A stretch of DNA of 64,000 nucleotides from Balanoglossus misakiensis (taxonomy: Eukaryota; Animalia; Hemichordata), in contig CM082583.2 in the NCBI GenBank assembly GCA_040954595.2, forward strand, positions 8,852,254 to 8,916,253. The letters are read 5' to 3'. Positions within the stretch are counted from its first letter, which is position 1. Each line of letters opens with the position of its first letter. Shown here piece after piece: positions 26,324-43,153 of this stretch. The translations under genes were made by a program, and so were the position numbers. The notes beneath the pieces are model-generated. The model did not search any database. It saw nothing but the letters and a program-made list of their open reading frames with translations, and was not told the origin of the DNA.

Positions 26324-28819
26324 CTAATGGCGAAAAAGCAGGTCAAGCAGCTTCACCCAGACATCAGAACTGCCGAAAAGCTGATTGTATGACAGCTGAC
26401 TCGGGAGTCTTATCGTAAAATGAAACTGACAGATTTTGAAGGGAGAGTAGCGGTACAATCTGCAACCTCGTTTTTTGGACGATGCAACTACAGTTGTGGA
26501 CCTTTTGGCCAAGTCATCACTCAGGAAGACAAGTCTCAGGTTATGTTATGACTCCTGTTTAACTTGTAAGGGTCATACCCTTGATAAGTCAAGGAGTGTG
26601 TGATGGAACCAACCACCTGTTAAAGTAACTGCTACATGCATGTTCTGTGCTACATCTATGTTCTGTGCTACATGTACATGTATGTTCAAATTGTGTGAAT
26701 TCTACAACTATGCCCTACCCCTCAACCACCATCACCCTTCCCTGGTAAGCTAATTGTGGGATTCGTACCAGAACAGGGTGACAATAAGGGTTACCTGTGT
26801 CCCAACTATGTTCACAGACTATTTTTCAGTTTTCAAGGTAGACATTTACATTTTTAATTAACAGTACGAGTACACACAGATACAGGCAGCATATATCCAA
26901 GTTATCTGCTGGTTCTTGCCCTGTGCAGAGTAGACAGACAAAATGCATTTGTCTGATATAGAAAAAATGTTGGAATATAATAAGCCAGATTTAGTTTTTA
27001 AACCTATCTGTACTAGTTTAGTTAGCTTTTCTTGGCTTTCATTAAAAATGGTGGATGTAAAGTGTACCGTTTTGAAATTTTTAGTTTTGACTCAAATTTA
27101 GATGGCAGCTCCATTCTATCTCCCTGTGTGCCAATCGGAGGCAGAAATTTTTAAAGAGATTTTTAAATGTTGTATATGATAATCCAGGGGACAATTCAGC
27201 TTTTATTTTGCCAGAAACGTGATCCATCACTGCATGCATGACTCGGAAATGTCGATATCCTGCTCATACATGTTTAAGTCACGAACCAACAAGATGTGGG
27301 ATATTTGAATTTGTTATGAAATCCAGAAGGCATTGTGTTTATGATAATATGGACAAGAGACCGTTATTTTGAACATCTAATAAATATATTTTATTTGAAT
27401 ACAGTGCATAAAAACAAAACTCTGTGAAAATAGATAAAGTGTATTTCTACTTGATTTCAAAGTAACTCTGACAAAATACCCAGTGTATGTGCTGTTTGAA
27501 TCTTGGTAAGGACAAAAATTTGGTTATCACCAATTACAAGAAATTGTAGTGAATACATAGAACAAAAGTATTGATAAAATTATCAAATGTTAGAGATAAT
27601 GTATATTTTATCTCGGACTCCACAACAAAATTCAATCAACGTGTAATCTAGCATTTATGAAAGAAAAATGACACAATCGCTTTTGTGGTAAAATTGCGCA
27701 TAGCAAACCTTACGAGACTCTGTTGCCAAGGCAACATTACATGTAATTATTTATTTATATAATCCAATGAAAAACCAGCCCCAGCCTTTCCTACATCCTA
27801 AAACTATCATCCGGGCACATCTAGGTGAACGCCTTGAGAATATCATAAATCAAGTGCTATTTTATTATTTGTTGGTCTTGGTTGAAATCGGGTTATATCA
27901 ACACAACGTGAGAATGCGACGGCGTATCATTACTTTCTGGTAATTGTGCCAAATGGGACTCGTACTCCGGAAGCAACTGACGGAACGATCAGTCCCTTTT
28001 TTTTCAAAATTGTTTATGTTCTGTTCTGTTGAGCCGTTGAATATAAACACGTACACTGCATTTTGAAGTATATTTAAATATTATGCAAATTTATGCACAG
28101 CCATGCATACCTTAAAATAACCAGGTGATATCTTCCGTCAATTGACACGTTATGGTGATTTCGACAACGATAATACATCTATAATGCATGTACACGTGCA
28201 AAATACTCTGAACTGCATTAAATATATTATTTTGATATTGATAGATTATTTACATCTGTACAACACACACACAAGCGGCATAGTTTTTTTCTGAAGTGCT
28301 AAAATTTTTGTCAATTGTTAAAAGTGTCACTTGGTCACGCCAAGTTCCAACTCGAGTAGCATTTCGAGAAGTATTAACACTCATTTAAAGGATTTACCTG
28401 TCCTGTGTAAATGTATAGAGTCATGTGTTCTCACCGAGTTGCAAATGCTATATCATGCAGTCTCTCTGTGCATTCTAAAATGACCTGCACTCGAATACAA
28501 TATAATGAAAGTTGAACAATGCAGCAAACAGACGGAAAAATGATACGTTTGTCTGGAACATTCCGAATGACGCACATGTATATGAAAAATCGTTTTCACA
28601 TTGGTCGGTAAAATTGCTTTCATTACCCCAATTCCTCCAGCCCCGCCCAATATCAAATGGGTTACCTCTTATTTCATTATTTTACCACTTCGCTGATGAG
28701 AGTTAGCACAAAGTTAATATATTCCTAACGTTTTTTTCGTTTGATACGTATGATATGAAATTCGAGCTGGAGTGGCGTTTGAAACGTCAATGTGTATAGG
28801 CTCGCTGGATTTCGGCGTC

Positions 28820-30314
28820 CTACAAGTCAATCCAATCGTCTTCGTCCACTTTGGCCTTGACTGCCCCCATCTCATCACGGTCGGGTTTCGGGGCCCTGTA
28901 CACCGACAGATTCGGATTGTTGTGCAAGGTGATAGCCAACCACCAGCGGTTGCGGTGAATTTTGGGTCGCTTGATGAGCAGCGGCGTTACCAGTGTAAAT
29001 TGGCGATCTGCGGCGGGAAAAAAGACACAAGGATGAAGACACTGACAATAAATCGAGCAAACAGTATCTCGGGACATGAAGGCAAACACGCAGAACACTA
29101 TTGGCCAGAGGCAGAAATGCGCGCCGATCGAACTATTTTTATGAGATGCAACTGCATTAGATTTCCCGCTTTCCTTCTATATGTTCAGTATTACAGAATC
29201 ACAAAGGACCGTACGCGTTGACCTGTCTGCCAAAGTTTTTAAAACTTTCATATTTGATCAAACGTTTCTAGAGTCACGCCCCTCTCAGAAACGAAGCTCC
29301 CCTCGCTTGGAATGCACGTGCATGCAGCGAATGAAATTCCGCGCCCGACAAACCTTTCTTCGACATCTTCAGCAGCTTGGAGGTTGCAGCGTCGGTGATC
29401 ATCAGATTGTCTTCAAAGCCTCTCTTCTGGCTCATCCTCAGGTCGTGCAGAAGAATCTTGCAGAATGTCACCAGGACAGGGTGACAGTGGGCCACCTCGA
29501 TTTGCAGAAACGACATGTAAGCCACATATCCTACAAAGTGAAAAAATGCGTTGGGAAAATTAATACAAGATCGGGCAAGAGGTCTGTTCATCTGGTGACT
29601 ATATTAATAGCCAGAGAGGAACCCTTCTCTTTAAATATTACATTTCAATTATAGCTCTTTATCTTCCAAAAGTATCTACTCCAATCGCCCCCCCCCCCCC
29701 CACCCCCGGTTAACCCCTAGGCACAGTGCAGGTCGTTTATTCAAGCCCGTTTAAATACCTCGATCCAGACTTTCATACTCTCGCATCAAGGTGCTCTTGT
29801 CGATTCTGGACAGAAAGATGGTTCCGAACACCATGCCCTTGATGGCCCTCAGCAAACAGGAGATCAGACCGAGGATCACGTTGAAGAAGAAGAGAAAGTA
29901 CGACATGATGTGGAAAAAGCGCCTGGAATGAAAAATAACCGTAAAAATACCCTGAATAGACGAAAATGCTGATCACAGGGATCCAAAGATGTATGACATC
30001 TCTGCCAATAGACCATTTCCCGAACTCCACGAGACCCTGCGAGATTTCGCGTGGCTGGCAATTTATATGGCGGACATTCTCGGGACACGGGACAAAAAAG
30101 GCAATCTAGTTTTGACTCTTGTATATTTTACCTGTTTGTGATGGCCAGTGTGTTTCCGCTATCTTGCAAGAACACGAATTTGGACAGGAAAAACTGCACG
30201 ATGAAGAGCAGAATGGCGAACACCATGCTAGGCCTGTAAAGAAGATTGTATAGGTTAAAACAGTGCGCGATGTGCAAGTAAATCCATCCATCCATCCCCC
30301 ATATTCATCCATCC

Positions 30315-30384
<70 letters not shown>

Positions 30385-33300
30385 TATATACATACATCTA
30401 TAAGCACAGACAGACAAACTGTACGTACCAAAAGAATTCCAGTTCTATGATGAACTTGGACATTTTCCCTGTAATCATCGGGTAAATTACTTGATACGCT
30501 ATAATGACTGACGCAAGCAGTATGCCGAACAATATGACGAGAAAGCCTGAAAAATGAACAGAGATAAGACTTTACGTGACCATGCAAACTTGCCTGACAC
30601 CCCTACCATTGAAATGCAAATATTCCTATGATGGGAAAACTCTTTGGAATAATGTTTGAATCAGTGGAACCAGCTGTTTTCGAAACGAATTTTCAGTTGT
30701 ACTTACCCCACAGAATGTAACCAATTTGGTAGCCTGCGTACCGGAGACAAGAAACCTGTACCAATGAAATAACGGAGGAGTGAGTTGGGGTACCAGGATT
30801 GTTACCCTGTGACATTTCTGGCCAAATAATGATTATTAGCTGGGAGAGTGGGATAAGAAGTCTACGTTAAAGGGAGATGTATAGGAACGTGAAAGTCTAT
30901 CTACAAAACAAACACCACTCCGATCTGAAAACAAACCAGTGCAATTCATCGTTTCTTGTAGTGAGGAAAGCGCATGGATCTGTCACGCGGGAAGTAAATA
31001 AATGTGAGAAAATAATTAAAATGCAGTTTATAGCAAAAGTTTACCATCAGGCTGGACGGAGCTGCGCGGCGAGCTGGCAAGAACGTCTTGTCACCCTTGC
31101 AGAGGCGCATAAAATGGCTCCTATAGAGTAAACGCAAGAAAATTTATGAAGCAGTTATATCCACTAGTCATCCGGTACAATATACTGAATTATTTTATGC
31201 CCAAATGCAGACGTCAACACGCCGGTCGATAACTTATGTAGTTTTATTTAACTTCTCCGACAATATATTAGGCGGTCATATAAGAATTGAAACATGGATG
31301 AAAGGAATTTATACTTGACCTGTATGACGTCATCATGCGGAGGATGAAAATGGTCATCATGATAAAAGCAAGTATGGACGAGATGTAGAAGCTGACTGTA
31401 AGAGAAGAATCGTGGCGGGCAAGAGACATATTAGAAGCTGTCTCCTGTGCCAGTTTTAATCACAACCTGTTTGTACACTCATTAGATACAAGCATGGCAA
31501 TATAGTACCAATCCTGTACACACACTGTTGACAGGTGAACTAATGTCTAGGCTTAACTTGAAATTCAGCAGTAAACAATGTCACTGTCGGCTAGCGCTTG
31601 ATTGGTGATCGAAACTCGCGGGTGATGTCCCTTTAAAACTCTTGTCCCTTTAAACTCACCGTTCACACTGTTACTCAGGAAATCGATCGTATCACTCAAA
31701 TTATCCGTGTCGTTGGTGGCGTTCATGATGGGTTTCAGTATCTCGAAGAATTTGTCGTATTTTCCCATTGCGCTCTGGCCCATGTAGATGTAATTGCAGG
31801 AAAACTGGAAAATGAGATTTTAATAATGTGTACAGTGTACTCATGAAATATGTTAGCAAGTGAAGATTCGAAACAGGTGTATATGGCACAAACAATTAAA
31901 CAAATTAATACAATGTACATACATTTGGTACGGTACATATCCCCGTTTGTGAACACAAGGCTGAAATATTATTACACGTGAAGTTTTTAAAGTCTCTTAC
32001 TGCATAAACTGCTTGCCAAGCAACCGAAAACGTGCACAGCGCCCTCAACGAATACTGGAATCCGGGAATCGGTTTGTAGATGTACTTGGTGAATTTATCC
32101 CAGGTCCAAGCCCACATCTTCGCAAGAATGCCGTATTTCGCCGATATCTCAACGTCCAATTTATCCGATTCACTTATTGCACAAGGAAAAAAAATATATA
32201 AAAATCAGTTGAGAGTTGTCCAGGTGAGATGTTTACAGATCCAAAGAAAACATGCCTTCAAAAACCGTATTCTTTGTGCCATGGTAAAAAAAAAATCCGC
32301 TACGAGTAGAATGCCAACGACCGTACTTACTCGATTTGGTCACCGGGTGTTAGCAAATGTTTCACGTACTTCGCCTGGTAGAAATTCATTTTCATCTTTT
32401 CGTCACGTTTATCCTGCAGTGCACAAATTTTGTTCTTAATTTAGGAGAGTATAGTCAAAATTTGTCTTCAGCTAAATATTAGGACTTATAAGACTGATTT
32501 TCGAAATGCATTATACCTTAACTTGGATGAAAAAAAGTAATTTGACAGCAACTCGCCTGATACGCGGCGCATGTTGATACTCACCAAGATTGATCTTGAT
32601 TTCGACATTTCCCTTATGCCTTTAATGCTTGTGATGAAAAATCGCACCAACAAAATCCCCATGAAGAGAAAAATTGGGCAGTACGTCATATAGTAGACGG
32701 CCACCTTGATCTATGGAGATAAAATATTCATATTTTGGTGTCCATTTGACATGAAAATTGGCAAAATCAACAAATGTAGAGCACGAAGCCAGACAGTGTG
32801 TGTAAGCGGAAAAAAACACCAGTCAGGATTCCAGACTACTGGTAGTTCCGAGAGTGCACTTACCTTAAGGTCTCCGGCTGTACTCGGGCAGGAAATGTTC
32901 TGCCACAGCCAAAACACAACCCACGTGGCGGTGTAGAAGAATCCGATGAAAGAACCGACCACTCTGGCTTTGGTGGCGATGCACGCAAATATCGGGTAGA
33001 AGACCAATCCGATGCCAGCGACGTTGATCATACCGATGAACACTGGCAATGACAAAGTGCGTCATCAGAACTAACCATCTCGGACAAAATGGCCCTAAAA
33101 TGTCAGACCCTGGCACGTAAACATAATGAACTGGCAGTATTTTTTTTATAATGTCCACCTTCCTGGTTTTAGCGTCAAAAGATCGCATACTACTAACCTT
33201 TGACCCAAGTTGCAGAATTTGGGATCTCGAAGTAGTAACTTCCTTTGAACAGGTCGATGACGCTTGTGGTGGTTGCTCCAAATGCGGCCACGAACGATGT

Positions 33301-35408
33301 CCGGTTACTGGTCTCATCCAGCAAATTTACTGTTCTGCGGGTGTAGACAGCAAAGGGGTGATATTTTTCTTTCGTATACTGGAGAATTGTGATACGGGGT
33401 GGGCCGTTTTGAGATCCACCTAATCATACCAGAATTTATGCAGTGCAACTGGGCGGGAATACAGCCACTATACAGGTACCATGGAAAGTGGCGATCTATC
33501 CCATCAACCTGAATGATTTTCACTTGTGTGCCACGCGAAAAGGTGCGCCAACACACGGTTTGATGTCACTCATTGATGCTGCCAGTAATTTATACCATAA
33601 ATGGGCATATGCAAATGTAACTTACATCGGTAATCCAGGTCGACCCCCAAACAAATTTGGATATTTCCCCTTCCGTTTGGTGAGAAATCCCAACAGAATA
33701 ACGATCAGCGTCTGGAATAAAATGCCAATCATATCGTAATTGAGACAGACAAGGTGGCATTGACCAATTATGTTCTGTTTTCTTTCATACCTGCATTACG
33801 TAATCTCCATGGAACAAATTACACAATAAAACAATAGGAAGATTCGATTTCCATCAAATTACTTACCGCGGGTCCAATCAGATACTTGACCATGTCACCA
33901 AAAGACAAACTACAGAAATCCGTACCAGTTCTGTGAGAAACAAAACCATACATAAAAACTCAGGGAAGCAGACTTTTGAACTTTTACTTCATTTAATACA
34001 AACACTGAATTGGCGATGCTATCAGATCTTTGCTTAAATACTAATATCAAATTCAGTTGGGGTAAAGTTTTATAAAAAAAAAAGTGTGTAGGGGTCTACA
34101 GTATATTTTTATGGAGGCAAAATTTATCATTATGTCCCCCAATAGTGTGTTTTCACATTGAGCCATTTTTTAAATTAGCAAACGGCTGACTTGGCAATGT
34201 TCCAAGTCTTTTGTCAAATTGTGCGATACTCTATTCAGTGACCATAGCCTCTGTATGTTCATAACTCTTTATTAAATATGAATTGTGAAAGGGGACCCGT
34301 TTCCACCTACTTCGCGAATCCATCTCATTCGTGGATGTTGGATCTGAACAAAAACACCCACACATCAATCATTCAGCCTGTTAAAATATGCAACAGTGTC
34401 TTGTTGTATTTTGAGTCGAGTCGGTGCAATTTTGTCAGATAGTCCGCCGGCTATTTGATGAGTATAGGTGGCGTATCACGAGCAGACGACCGATATTATT
34501 TCAAAAATAAAGTCTGCGCTAGTAGTTTTCCATTTTTGGAAAAATAGCACTGGCTGCTTTTCAATCTATTGCGAAAGCGATTTTGAACACTGAAGTAAGC
34601 CGATCGAGGATGGAAAAGTAAAGATGTCGCCTTAATTTCACAGATAGCTCTAAGAGGAGCCGCTTCCAACTTTGCGAATAAACTCTCTTGTAATGGGGAG
34701 CCCCGCCATTGTAACCGCAATAAATTACCTAGCTTTCTAATTAATTAAAGTAATTGAACCCCATACAGGCAATAACTTAAATCCACACAGCGAAAACTGG
34801 AAATATCCCAATTCTAAGCCTTGTGTTGATTAGCGTCTTATTTACACATATTGTTTTTTACCGTCAGGCGGGGTGAGGATTATCCAATCGGATACATCCA
34901 CGTCAAAATATTATTGGTATCGTTACAACAACTGTAATAGTTGGTTGTTTGCTTGTTTGTTTGTTTGTTTGATCGGTCGTTTTTCGCATTTCTTGTCAAG
35001 CAACCAAAGTAAAAGAAAATCACAAGAATTAAAAAATACACATTTTTTTCTCGGGGAGAATAAGCTCGAAAGGGAGGAAGAGAGACAGAGAGAGGCAAAG
35101 AGCCCAGGGAGAGAGAGAGAAAAAAATAGAGAAAATCGAGAAGAACGAGAAATTGTCCATCACTACAAAACTTACTCTTCGTCCGAGGATGACCCTTCAT
35201 TCCTCCACTTTGTCAGTTCAGTCGCCAGGTTTGTGCCGATGTCTCCGGTGCACAAAATGTCGTCATCCAGGGCGTCGACAAATATCCTGGACAGACTGGA
35301 CAGGAAATCGATGATCCCCCAAAAGATGGCGTACAGCATGACGATGAAGCCATAGTTGATGAGCAACTGCGAAACCCCCTTCCACAGCACTTTGACAAAA
35401 TTCACCAT
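28820..35408 (-). CDS. STRA6L: STRA6/STRA6-like (RBP4 receptor family) multi-pass membrane protein, multi-exon
   Basis: Exons encode GGRPGLP, SFVAAFGA, VFYPIFACIAT, CLRYAGYQIGYILWG, GYVAYMSFLQIEVAHCHPVLVTFCKILL and C-terminal RNRWWLAITLHNNPNLSVYR, which match STRA6-family motifs. STRA6 versus STRA6L orthology is not resolved. Confidence 0.85.
30319..30382. repeat. (AC)32 microsatellite, intronic
   Basis: Direct reading. Confidence 0.97.
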
Positions 35409-36395
35409 CGTCGCTCACAAAAGGAATACACACTTTGTCGAATGTTTGCGCGGTTTTTTTTTACCGACGAAACGACGAGGCTCGACCACCGTCTTCCTCG
35501 GCTCAGTCAATATTCAACAGGCAGGGGAGAAAAAAAAGTTTCGCTTGACTACCTTCGGTCTCCTCGGCAACCGGTGACGTTTACGCAGGGTTGCCATTGG
35601 AAACTTATCCCCGGGGAGGGGAAACTCATTTGGGAAGAAACAACTTGGCGGTTTAATAGACTTGAGTGCCCTGAATGTAAAATTAATTGAACGCGTGTAG
35701 GTAGGCCAATAAAAACGGGAATGACAATAATTGACCTACACGACATAATGTGTTGACTTGCTGTTCATTGTTTTTGCGTGAATGTCTCGCGCATCGAAGT
35801 TTTGCGTTAATTTTTATGGGCATTTTCACTCAGATATCGCGCATTTGACATAGCTGTTGTTTTGGGTACTAAATGGCGATAGGCAATACATCCCATGCGT
35901 GATCTCCTGCTAAGCATGAGCGTAAATGTATACCACTTATTTGGTTTAGTTGATTTCGGGACATGAGCGATAAAAACAAACGGACGACGGGTGAAACGTG
36001 ACGGTGGCAAAAACATTGATGAGTTTCACAGCTTCTCATCACGCCAACCGATGGCGATTCAGTTTTTGCTTTGTTCGCCAAAGAACTGCAAACAAAGACG
36101 CCAAATGAATAATTAATGTAATAACAATTTAAAACCTATTGGGCTGTTTTGTGCATGTTAATCCAGCCGTATCTCCGTGGAAACCGAACAATCATATTAC
36201 AGTATGTACAACATGCTAATATGTATTAGTTACGTGTGAATTTGTTGAAAATTTATTTTACGTATGTATGCATGTAGTTTACTGGCATGTTGTACGATAA
36301 TTAGCACACTTTTTCATTCATTTTGTCAATTATTTTATTCGTGGCGATCTGCTTCAAAAGTTTAATGTATATTCTGGATAAAACGTCAAATTAGA

Positions 36396-38565
<2,170 letters not shown>

Positions 38566-39415
38566 TTTGATCCGCTGCGCCACTGCTCGACAGGCACGGG
38601 ATATGATTTGCTAAGATGAAAGGTCGGTAAGGGTACCCTCAACTTGACGCGACCTCTGTGAAGGATGAGTCGGTTGGTGACGAGTGGGGCGGTATTAACT
38701 GTTAAATGAGCACCTGTTCAACTGCAAGGAGATCATCCGATCGATTTGAATGCAAAGTACCTGAAAGTCCTATAATATATGCAGCCCTGTATTCAACGAA
38801 GGAAATTCCCTTTGGTAAAAAATAACATGTAAAAAAGTGTGTTGACTTCGACTCTCGACATCAATGTGCCCTTTGTACACAAGTACAGTTAAAAGTGTGC
38901 CGAAGCTAACCCTGCCTGCCAGTATACTGGTATGATTTAGATACAGGGGTTGGTTTTCAATATGGACACGACCGCCCACCACCCAACCTCTAAGATCTGG
39001 TCACCTAATTAAAATTGGATAAAATAGATAGGTCGTAAATGCATACGATCAGTTCGCAAACAACTGTTAACATGGAGGTGATCTATTTTTACCCATTTTA
39101 TTTTTGATAACCAACATACCTGTTACAATATCAATAATTGATTTGTACAATAATAGAAGGTTTAATTGTTAACGCTGTTTTTTACGGGTACAAAAATACC
39201 AACAGTTGACAGCCACGTTTGTATTATGTTCGTCTTCCTTCTACAACAGTATGCATTGAAATGTTCTTGACATATTACGCAGTATAATAATTTAAACTGC
39301 AATACTAAAAATTTAAATTAGTATAAGATACACACCAAAAATACCAACAATTTAACAGTTTTACCACTAATCTATGTCACAGTTGATGGTTTGGATGTTA
39401 GCAGATGTTTATGCG

Positions 39416-41964
<2,549 letters not shown>

Positions 41965-42447
41965 CACTGGTCTAACACATTGGACTGGATTGTCCATTTG
42001 AATATCCGAGCTTTGTCTCCTCTCTATTTTTATGGCTGACGGGAGCACAGGGACAGACCATTCTTCAGGGAGAGGGAGAGTTCATAGCCGAAACAACAGC
42101 CACGGATGTGCGTTTAGAAGCCCATCCCACATGTACCACCCGCTCTTTTTTCACGTTTCCCTAATGTCTTATATTACATCAACCCAGTAGTCGCACTGCT
42201 TTTTATGGCGAACGTGAAAGCTTTATTTTCGCCTTAGTTATGAAATCATAGATGAATTCAGCGCATGGAGCGGCGCAAAAAAGAGGGAAAAGGGGAAATT
42301 TTTGCCGGGCAATGGTGCATCAGCATTTTTATAATACCCACATTCTGAACGAATGATATTTTTACCGACCCGTATTTGTTAAGTGTGACGTAAGATCATT
42401 ACGTCATTACGATGTATCATCATTTTCATAATACCCACAGTCTGAAC

Positions 42448-42645
42448 CACAGGCGCTTGTAAAGATGCTATTTCAGTTGAGAAGAGATTTCTTTATGTGT
42501 CAGTGGGGTATAGGCCTAGGCCGAACATAGCGAGAGCGCTCGTTTGACGCAAATTCGGGAGATCGTCTAAGCTACTGATTTATCGTTTTGAGCCACTTTA
42601 CAATTAATAAAAACAACTGAAATAGCATCTTTACAAGCGCCTGTG
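42448..42645. mobile_element. 198-bp MITE with perfect 32-bp TIRs and 8-bp TSD (P-element-like or hAT-like)
   Basis: TIR CACAGGCGCTTGTAAAGATGCTATTTCAGTTG at 42448-42479 and its reverse complement at 42614-42645. TSD GTCTGAAC at 42440-42447 and 42646-42653. Confidence 0.92.
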
Positions 42646-43153
42646 GTCTGAACGAATACTAGTATTTTTCCTACCCGTATTTGTTGAGTGTGACCTAAGC
42701 CGGAACATTACGGTGAAGTAGGCACGCCCCCAGTTTATTGCACCAGAAATATAAACGTCTAGGTTCGGAGTACTTTTATTTCATACACGGTGCATGGTTC
42801 TATTAATAAGGGCCGTAAACAGAATGACCAAGCTGACATTACGCCTATCCTTGCTATCTATCCGCCCAAAATATCACATGCAAAGTTATCCCTAGGCCCT
42901 GTTCTTATGCACACTTCCTTTCACCTGTCGTAATTACAGTTAAAGTAAGGACGAGAAAAAGTGTGCGATTCCAACAACCCGGCCAAAATGAACCTAAACG
43001 AGAGTGTGCGGCGCATTAGAATGACGTCATTACTTTATAAGAGGTTATGAAGGATTCGCTCACAGCCCCCCCCCCTCCTCCCTCGATTGTCCGGTCCCTA
43101 TCCCTTAGTGCCTGTTTTCACAACGAGGCTGTGTTGCATGCATCACAGTCAAA

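Noticed and set aside
30106-30587. ORFs with poly-(CV) tracts
   Set aside because: Translation of the intronic (AC)32 microsatellite.
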